A stretch of DNA of 64,000 nucleotides, taken from contig JAGBES010000021.1 of NCBI GenBank assembly GCA_017936845.1, forward strand, positions 1,160 to 65,159, read 5' to 3'. The position numbers were made by a program, and so were the translations under genes. Each line of letters begins with the position of its first letter. Position 1 is the first letter of the stretch. The notes beneath the pieces are model-generated. The model searched no databases and had not been told where the DNA came from. It was given only the letters and a program-made list of their open reading frames with translations. Origin of the DNA: Bacilli bacterium. GTDB lineage: Bacteria; Bacillota_I; Bacilli_A; RF39; UBA660. This document shows positions 57,940 through 64,000 of the stretch, piece after piece.

Positions 57940-58435
57940 TTTCAATTGCCTCCTTTCTTCTAGCACTTTCTAACACATTAATAATTTCCTTACTTGTAGA
58001 TATTTGATATTCGGTATCTTCTATAGTTTGTTCCATCACTTCTTTTTCAGTATCAGGAATATTATCATTTGTTAGTTTTTGTTTAAATGATTCAACTAGT
58101 TCTTCCCAGTTTTTAATCATTGCAGAGGTATTTAAAATTGCATCTACTATTTGGTCTCCTTTTAAACTTGAATAATAGTTTGTTAAAAAAGGATTTAATG
58201 GAGTAACTTGAAAACCAAGACCAGCAGCATACATTAAGTCATTGTAATTAATATCAATATATTTACTTATCTTTCTTAATGTTTTAGGATTAGGTATTTC
58301 TCTTTCGCCTGATTCTATACGAGCAAGTTCGGTATCACTAATATTGGCAAGTCTTGAAAGTTCTCTTTTAGATATACCTTTTTTTTCTCTTGCTTCAGCA
58401 ATAATTTCTCCAACGCTTTTGTCATTTTGTATCAT
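57923..58435 (-). CDS. XRE-family HTH regulator (CI-like repressor candidate of the element)
   Basis: GISKRELSRLANISDTELARIESGER HTH plus a C-terminal domain of about 100 aa. Transcribed divergently from the replication/mobilization genes. Confidence 0.8.
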   Translation of the reverse strand: MIQNDKSVGEIIAEAREKKGISKRELSRLANISDTELARIESGEREIPNPKTLRKISKYIDINYNDLMYAAGLGFQVTPLNPFLTNYYSSLKGDQIVDAILNTSAMIKNWEELVESFKQKLTNDNIPDTEKEVMEQTIEDTEYQISTSKEIINVLESARRKEAIENAKKN

Positions 58436-58460
58436 GGTACATTGCCCCTTTCGTAGTTAT

Positions 58461-58605
58461 AATATACCATATTTTTAGCAATAATTCAACTTTTTTGAAG
58501 AAATTTTATTATTTTTGCAACTTTTTAGTTGACATTTGCATTTTTAAAGTGTATATTCAACTTATAAGTTGCATTTGTCGTAGATTTGCAACTTATGTAT
58601 AGTTG
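58461..58605. promoter_or_regulatory. divergent promoter/operator switch region of the element
   Basis: Leftward TTGAAT-N17-TATATT (58489-58461). Rightward TTGACA-N17-TATATT (58529-58557). Three CAACT..AGTTG inverted repeats at 58518-58531, 58558-58571 (a perfect 14-bp palindrome) and 58589-58605. Confidence 0.5.
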
Positions 58606-58763
58606 TTTGAAAATCTCATAGAGTTGGATATTGTAAGCGCCGTAAATTGCCGACTCGTAAAACAAATTACAAAGGTGCCTAGTAATAACCCTATTGGTAC
58701 GGGAGTTGTTGATTATCTAAAATCATCAATAATAGCAAAAAAAATAATGAAAGGAGGAATCTA

Positions 58764-59714
58764 ATGAAATCTTTAGGAGAAATAAAAAATAGCATAAAAA
58801 AAGACTTCATTGTAAATGGAATGTTGAAGTCTGAAGGTGTTTATTGTTTAGTTGCATTACCTAAAGTTGGAAAGTCTATGTTAGCACTACAACTTTCTGA
58901 CTCAATAGCAAACAACAAACAATTTTTAGGATTTGAAATTAAACCTTCACCTGTTCTTTATGTTAGCACAGAAAATTCTGGGAGTCAATTATATGAAAGA
59001 ACAAAACTTATGAATATTGAATTTACTGATGACAATTTTAAATTTATAGATAGAAATCAATATCCAGTATTTTATTTAAGAGATTTGGAATATGATATAA
59101 AACAATTTTCAGAGTCTGGTGGTAAATTATTAATTATAGATATGATAAAAGATATTAAATTTGATAAAAAAATTGAAACTAATAGTTATGACGATATAGG
59201 ACAAGTTGCTATTCCAAAATTAAGAGAATACTGTTATAAATATCATTTAACAATTTTGTTTGTTCATCATTTAAATAAAAAAGGTAAATCATTAGGATCA
59301 ACTGCTTATGATGGTGCTGTTGACGGAATATTAAGATTAACTCAAAGTAGTGTGGATAAAAAAAGGTATAGATTAGTAGTTGATAATAGAGATTATGAAG
59401 GATTAGATTTATCTTTAATTAAAGATGATAAATGTATTTTATCAGTTTGTCATGAAGAAGATGATGAAGAAGAATTAGATATAAATTTAGTTTTATTGAT
59501 TAAATATGCTATTTCAAAAATAGAATTTGAATTCACTTGTTCAAGTATTATTAAAGATTTAAATTTAACAATCACACCAAAAAGATTTGGCAAACTTTTA
59601 AATTCAAATATTAAAAGATTAGAATGTGAAGGTCTTCATATTATAAGTAATAGAGTTAGTAATGCTCGTAAATATATTGCTAAATATGAAGAACCTATTA
59701 TAGAAAATGAATAA
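58764..59714 (+). CDS. RecA-fold ATPase (RepA/AAA_25-like replication or helicase-loader protein)
   Basis: Walker A LPKVGKSM, Walker B LLIIDMI, and LFVHHLNKKG, typical of RepA-like proteins of mobile elements. Confidence 0.6.
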   Translation: MKSLGEIKNSIKKDFIVNGMLKSEGVYCLVALPKVGKSMLALQLSDSIANNKQFLGFEIKPSPVLYVSTENSGSQLYERTKLMNIEFTDDNFKFIDRNQYPVFYLRDLEYDIKQFSESGGKLLIIDMIKDIKFDKKIETNSYDDIGQVAIPKLREYCYKYHLTILFVHHLNKKGKSLGSTAYDGAVDGILRLTQSSVDKKRYRLVVDNRDYEGLDLSLIKDDKCILSVCHEEDDEEELDINLVLLIKYAISKIEFEFTCSSIIKDLNLTITPKRFGKLLNSNIKRLECEGLHIISNRVSNARKYIAKYEEPIIENE

Positions 59715-59822
59715 TTTTCTATTAAAGTTTTTGATAACTTTTTTCTAAAAAGTTAGTAAAAAATGAACGAGGCACGTTTTGTGAGTTTACTCATGAAAGT
59801 GACGATAGTGAATATTTTTACA

Positions 59823-60002
59823 ATTATTAAAATAGAAACTAATCTATTTTAATAATAAATTAAATAATAAGTATCTAGTAGATAGTTATTATTTAATCTT
59901 GTTTGTAGCATTACACCTTTACTCTTGTTTAGGTGTATTTGCGTAAAACAAGCATGGTTTTTTAGGGTATCCCTAAACTCACGTGGGCTATGCCCTAGTG
60001 AG
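59823..60002. repeat. cluster of inverted repeats upstream of the relaxase gene (candidate oriT and/or single-strand origin)
   Basis: 14-bp perfect IR 59823-59836/59843-59856. 16-bp IR with one mismatch at 59862-59894. Smaller GC-containing hairpins at 59913-59936, 59961-59977 and 59978-60002. Confidence 0.35.
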
Positions 60003-60055
60003 ATATGTCAATAAATGACCAATTCATCTAAATAAGTATATCAAGGAGGTAATAA

Positions 60056-61507
60056 ATGTATGATGGAAAGCAAGTAATTAGATTTGAAAATAAATTTAAA
60101 GCCAAAGATTTAGGTGGACTCGGTATAGAATTAGTTAAAAGAAAAGGTACAGGAAACTATGACAAAGATAGAACAAAATTTAATACGTCTTATGTACCAC
60201 TCTCTAAAACTACTCTACAAGAACAAGTTTATTCTAAATTAAAAGAAAATGAAATATATTATAATGATAGCAAGAATGTTAACTTATTAAATGGTGCTAT
60301 CGTAACAAGTGGTAAAGAGTTCTTTACCAGTTTAGGAATGAATTTTATAGATAGTGGTAGAAAAGTTCAAAAAGGGAAAAACAAAGGAAAACCTATTCTA
60401 GTTCCTGATATTAAATCTGAAAATGATATACCAGAAAAAGTTAAACAATTTTTTGATGATAGTTATATATTTTTAGAAAATCTTGTTGGTAAGGAAAATA
60501 TAGTTTATGCAGAAGTTCATTATGATGAAGATACACCACATATGCACTTCTATTTTCTTCCAGTAGTTGATAAGGTAAAAAGAAAAGTATTTGAAACCGA
60601 TGAAAATGGTAAAATTTTATATCGAGAAGGTATTGATAAAAATGGTAATACAAAAATGGTTCCTATACAAAAGAAAGACGAAAAAGGAAAAAATGTGTAT
60701 AACATTGAAACTGGTAAATTTTTAAATTGTGATCACTTTTGGAAACAATTAGGTGGGAAAGCATCTTTTGCTAAAATTCAAGATGACTTTAATGATTATA
60801 TAACAAAGAAAGGTTTTAATCTTGATCGTGGTAATATAGGTGGTAATGCCCATCATATAACTAAAAATGAAAAAATCGTCATGGATTTACAAGAACAAAT
60901 AGATGATATGAAAAAGGAATTACAAAAAAATCAAAAATTAAACAATATAGAATTAGATACTAATAAAGAATTTAAAGATATAGAAACTAATGATATTTTA
61001 AATCCAGTTAAAAGAAAAATAGTGGGTTATAAGGATGAAGATATAAATAAATTAATTGAATATTCTAAATCGACTGGTAAAGAAAATTCTAAAAATAAAA
61101 ATATAATCCGTAAAAAAGATAGTTTGATTAATGATTTAAATTTAGAAATAAACTTATTACAAAGTGAAAATGCTAAATTAAAAGATGGTCGTGGTATTAA
61201 AGAAAGAGATACTATTATAGAAGAACAAAAAGTTAAAATAAATAGTTTAAGTAATTTGATAAAACAAAAAGATAAAATCATTGAAAGTCTAGAAGATAAG
61301 ATTGATAAACTACAAGAGTCTTTTGAAAAATTTAAAAATAAAATGTATACCTTATGCGATAAATTTTGTAAAGCTATTTCTCATCTAGTTGGTAAACATG
61401 ATATTGAAGAAGATGAAATTGATTATGATATGTTTGAATATCACGCAGACAATATTATCCATAAATACGAAAAAAAGGAAATTGATAAAGATGATTTTTG
61501 CTTATAA
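60056..61507 (+). CDS. MobV (Mob/Pre) family relaxase
   Basis: Motif III HYDEDTPHMHFYFLPV (HxDE...PHxH). N-terminal K.K..LGG....R.....N.D..R...N layout. Long C-terminal coiled coil. I could not find the motif I His of HxxR at the expected spot. Confidence 0.75.
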   Translation: MYDGKQVIRFENKFKAKDLGGLGIELVKRKGTGNYDKDRTKFNTSYVPLSKTTLQEQVYSKLKENEIYYNDSKNVNLLNGAIVTSGKEFFTSLGMNFIDSGRKVQKGKNKGKPILVPDIKSENDIPEKVKQFFDDSYIFLENLVGKENIVYAEVHYDEDTPHMHFYFLPVVDKVKRKVFETDENGKILYREGIDKNGNTKMVPIQKKDEKGKNVYNIETGKFLNCDHFWKQLGGKASFAKIQDDFNDYITKKGFNLDRGNIGGNAHHITKNEKIVMDLQEQIDDMKKELQKNQKLNNIELDTNKEFKDIETNDILNPVKRKIVGYKDEDINKLIEYSKSTGKENSKNKNIIRKKDSLINDLNLEINLLQSENAKLKDGRGIKERDTIIEEQKVKINSLSNLIKQKDKIIESLEDKIDKLQESFEKFKNKMYTLCDKFCKAISHLVGKHDIEEDEIDYDMFEYHADNIIHKYEKKEIDKDDFCL

Positions 61508-61736
61508 AATACCATGTTCTTATATTCTCTATGATAAACATTGTAATCTAGTTATTAAAACAAATAATAATATAAATCATAAAATGTATAAAAATATATC
61601 TTTTTTAATAAATGTACCAAATAAAATAATGAATAAAGTTAAAATGAAATATGATTGGAGGATTGGTAATATGAGAAAAAACTATATAAATAACACATAC
61701 TATGATTACAAATGTTTTATTAAATTCTTAACATAA
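61491..61736 (+). CDS. possible small protein (81 aa) downstream of mob
   Basis: In-frame ATG inside track ORF 61389-61736, beginning just before the mob stop. Weak RBS. Confidence 0.2.
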   Translation: MIFAYKIPCSYILYDKHCNLVIKTNNNINHKMYKNISFLINVPNKIMNKVKMKYDWRIGNMRKNYINNTYYDYKCFIKFLT

Positions 61737-61961
61737 ATCTGATAGGAGGAATTATTATAAACATTCAGTACAATGTTATTGATATTATAAGTAAAACTAT
61801 AACTGAAGTAGATTTAAAAGAACAAATAAATAAAAAATTATTCAAAATAATTGAAATGTTAGAACTTAAAGGATAATAAATGAAATTTATTTGTTATAAT
61901 GTAATTGGTTATAAGTTTAACTTAAATCCTAATTATTGCCTAAGTATTGGAGGTAATAGTT

Positions 61962-63572
61962 ATGAATGAAATGGAGAGTGTTAAGAAAAAGGTATATAGA
62001 GTTGGTATTTATTTAAGATTATCTGATGAAGATAGAGATAAGCAAAATAAATTAGATGATAGTGAGTCAATTAAAAATCAAAGACATTTACTAATGATGG
62101 AAATTGATAAACACGATGATTTTATATTAGTTGATGAATATTCAGATGAAGATTTATCTGGTGCAGGAACTTATAGACCCGAATTTGAAAGATTGATAAA
62201 AGATTGTGAAGATGGGAAAATAGATATCGTTATATGTAAGAGTCAATCAAGATTTTCTAGGGATATGGAAGTAATTGAAAAATATATTCATAATAAATTT
62301 ATTGAGTGGGGAGTTAGATTTATAGGTCTTGCTGACAATGCTGATACAAATGTTGCAGGTAATAAAAAATCTCGTCAAATAAATGGACTTGTTAATGAAT
62401 GGTTTTTAGAAGATACTTCTAATAATATTCGTAGTGCTTTTAATGCTAAAATGCGTAAGGGAGAATTTATTTCCCCTTTCGCAGCATTTGGGTATGAAGT
62501 TGATAAAGATGATAATAATAAATTAGTTGTTGATCCAGTTGCTTCAGAAGTAGTTAAAGAAATATTTGAACTATATTTAAAAGGTTTAGGATTTACAGGT
62601 ATTGCAAAATATTTAAATAATAAAAAAATACCCTGTCCTTCTCTTTATAAGTATCAAAAAGGAATTAAACTTAATGTAATAAGTAATCGCCCTAGAGAAC
62701 AAATAAAATGGACTACAAACGCTATAAAAACAATTCTTTCAAATGAATTATATATAGGTAATTTAGTTCAAGGAAAAAGGACCACTGTTAGTTATAAAAA
62801 TCATAAAATTAAAAATAAAGATAAAAATGAATGGATTCGTATAGAAAATACACATGAAGCTATTATTGATAAAGAAACTTTTAACAAAACACAAATTGCG
62901 ATGCAAGAAAGAACTAAACCATCTACTAAAACGGGAACAATTCACAATTTTTCTGGTAAAGTGTTTTGTCTAGAATGTAATCATTATATGAGAAAGAAAA
63001 ATTCTAGTAAACATGAATATCTAGTATGTTCTAACAATCGTGATGGATATGATGATTGTATAAATAAAGATTCTATTAGATATGATTTATTAGAAAATAT
63101 TATTCTAGAAGCAATTAATAGTAAAATAAAAAAATACTATGATGAAGTTAAATTAGATAATCTTGTACAAACTAAAAAAAATAATCGTTTCGAAAGTAAA
63201 ATTAATGCTTTAGAAAAAAGAAAAAATGATGTAAATAAAAAAATAGCACAAACTAGAAAATATCTACAAAGTCTTTATGAAGATAAAGTTAATGGTGTTA
63301 TAACAAATGAGCAATTTAAAGATTTAATTGGTGATTATAATAAAAATGAAGATATATATACTAATCAAATAAAAGAAATTGATGAAGAAATTAATTATTA
63401 TAAAGCCAAACAAGATAGTTCGTTAAATTATAAAGAAATTTTTAGTAAGTACGAAACTCTTGAAAGTCTAAATAGGGTTATTATTGATGAATTTGTTGAT
63501 AAAATCTTTATTGGAAAATTAGATAAAGAAAATAATAAAAGAGATATTCAAATAAAATGGAACTTTGAGTGA
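61962..63572 (+). CDS. large serine recombinase (resolvase/invertase N-domain + recombinase + zinc-ribbon + coiled coil)
   Basis: VGIYLRLSDEDRD (catalytic Ser), SRFSRD, the Cys cluster C..C...C.....C, and a long C-terminal coiled coil. ATG 61962 follows a GGAGG RBS. TGTTATAAT extended -10 at 61892-61900. Confidence 0.9.
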   Translation: MNEMESVKKKVYRVGIYLRLSDEDRDKQNKLDDSESIKNQRHLLMMEIDKHDDFILVDEYSDEDLSGAGTYRPEFERLIKDCEDGKIDIVICKSQSRFSRDMEVIEKYIHNKFIEWGVRFIGLADNADTNVAGNKKSRQINGLVNEWFLEDTSNNIRSAFNAKMRKGEFISPFAAFGYEVDKDDNNKLVVDPVASEVVKEIFELYLKGLGFTGIAKYLNNKKIPCPSLYKYQKGIKLNVISNRPREQIKWTTNAIKTILSNELYIGNLVQGKRTTVSYKNHKIKNKDKNEWIRIENTHEAIIDKETFNKTQIAMQERTKPSTKTGTIHNFSGKVFCLECNHYMRKKNSSKHEYLVCSNNRDGYDDCINKDSIRYDLLENIILEAINSKIKKYYDEVKLDNLVQTKKNNRFESKINALEKRKNDVNKKIAQTRKYLQSLYEDKVNGVITNEQFKDLIGDYNKNEDIYTNQIKEIDEEINYYKAKQDSSLNYKEIFSKYETLESLNRVIIDEFVDKIFIGKLDKENNKRDIQIKWNFE

Positions 63573-63788
63573 GAGTTTGATTATTCTTACTCTCTACTCA
63601 TTACTTATATAAACTCTAAATATACATAATTTTAATAAAATATATAATTAGGCTTGAATCACTATGACACATTGGACAAGTCTTATAAATACTAGGAAAA
63701 GTTAAACTTTAGTAAAAAATATATTAAAAATAATAGTTTGAATTAGAACACGAGTTAACCTTTATAAAATAAAGGAATTAGATAGTAA

Positions 63789-63814
63789 GTGTCTATACTG
63801 CATTCAAAGAGTTG
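63789..63814. repeat. attR: element-internal arm GTGTCTATACT (63789-63799) plus 7-bp core AGAGTTG (63808-63814)
   Basis: Mirror image of attL. Joined, the two ends give a dyad-symmetric attP centred inside the core. Confidence 0.75.
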
Positions 63815-64000
63815 CTCTAATTAGAACACTTGCAACTAAACCTGATATTCTACTTTTAGATGAACCTTTCAGTGCATTAGATTATCAAACAAGACTTGCC
63901 GTATCTGATGATGTATATAAAATCATAAAAAAAGAAAAAAAGAGTGCCATTATGGTAACACATGATATAGCAGAAGCTGTTTCTATGTCAGATAGAATAA
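63805..64000 (+). pseudogene. 3' part of the interrupted ABC transporter ATPase gene (continues past the window)
   Basis: QRVALIRTLATKPDILLLDEPFSALD (Walker B and D-loop) and IMVTHDIAEA (H-loop). No start codon upstream in frame (TGA at 63739). Confidence 0.85.

Larger units (their letters stand above)
52085..63807. mobile_element. integrated mobilizable element of about 11.7 kb (serine recombinase + MobV relaxase + RepA-like ATPase + regulatory switch + cargo), Tn4451/IME-like organisation
   Basis: It interrupts an ABC ATPase ORF whose halves rejoin in frame. Core repeats and 11-bp terminal inverted repeats are present. The recombinase gene lies next to the right junction. Confidence 0.8.

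Noticed and set aside
58620-58626. A third copy of the att core heptamer AGAGTTG inside the element.
   Set aside because: A 7-mer is expected to recur by chance several times in 64 kb. This copy has no flanking similarity to attL or attR and none of the 11-bp arms.
58606-58763. The GC-enriched leader before the RepA-like gene, considered as a riboswitch or known ncRNA.
   Set aside because: I could find only short, ambiguous pairings (for example TTGTAA/TTACAA, GUGCC/GGUAC) and no conserved motif of any riboswitch class I know. It is kept only as a remark inside the switch finding.
61389-61490. The 5' third of track ORF 61389-61736, which overlaps the end of the relaxase gene.
   Set aside because: It lies in a different frame inside the well-supported mob coding region. 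Only the part downstream of the internal ATG at 61491 could be a separate small gene, and even that is weak.

Overview
This is a very AT-rich chromosomal segment from a spore-forming, low-GC Firmicute. The synteny is Bacilli-like: rodZ-pgsA-recA, gpsB-rnpB, rimP-nusA-ylxR-infB-rbfA and cdaA-cdaR.

Most of the window is housekeeping, envelope or sporulation genes: ltaS-like, smc, spoVAC/AD/AE, yutD, yunB, prsA, pyk, rny, recA, pgsA, tyrS, deoC and two ABC systems. I found three RNA features by eye that the ORF track cannot show:
- a class-B RNase P RNA (rnpB, about 32892-33247, minus strand);
- a tRNA-Ala(UGC) (50467-50543, minus strand);
- a T-box leader with a probable Tyr (UAC) specifier (about 43625-43790, minus strand), upstream of a four-gene operon that ends in tyrS.

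There are two mobile elements:
- An IS1182-like insertion sequence (28970-30569). Its transposase carries one in-frame TAA. It sits inside the hairpin terminator shared by recA and an anti-sigma gene, and it duplicated the whole 27-bp hairpin.
- An element of about 11.7 kb (about 52085-63807) that splits an ABC-transporter ATPase gene. It carries a large serine recombinase, a MobV-type relaxase, a RepA-like ATPase, a divergent-promoter switch with repeated operators, and cargo genes: a P-type cation ATPase and an HTH / membrane protein / Fic operon. The two gene halves rejoin in frame across a 7-bp core (AGAGTTG), and 11-bp inverted repeats lie just inside both ends.

The least conventional content is three scattered, apparently monocistronic genes for very large proteins (416-614 aa). 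Each begins with a canonical type IV prepilin signal and pilin module and then carries unrelated C-terminal modules. One of these looks like a phage tail-fibre tip: a coiled coil followed by four HxH motifs. No pilus assembly genes are in the window.

I saw no CRISPR array and no rRNA. All functional calls rest on motifs I could read in the translations. No database search was possible.
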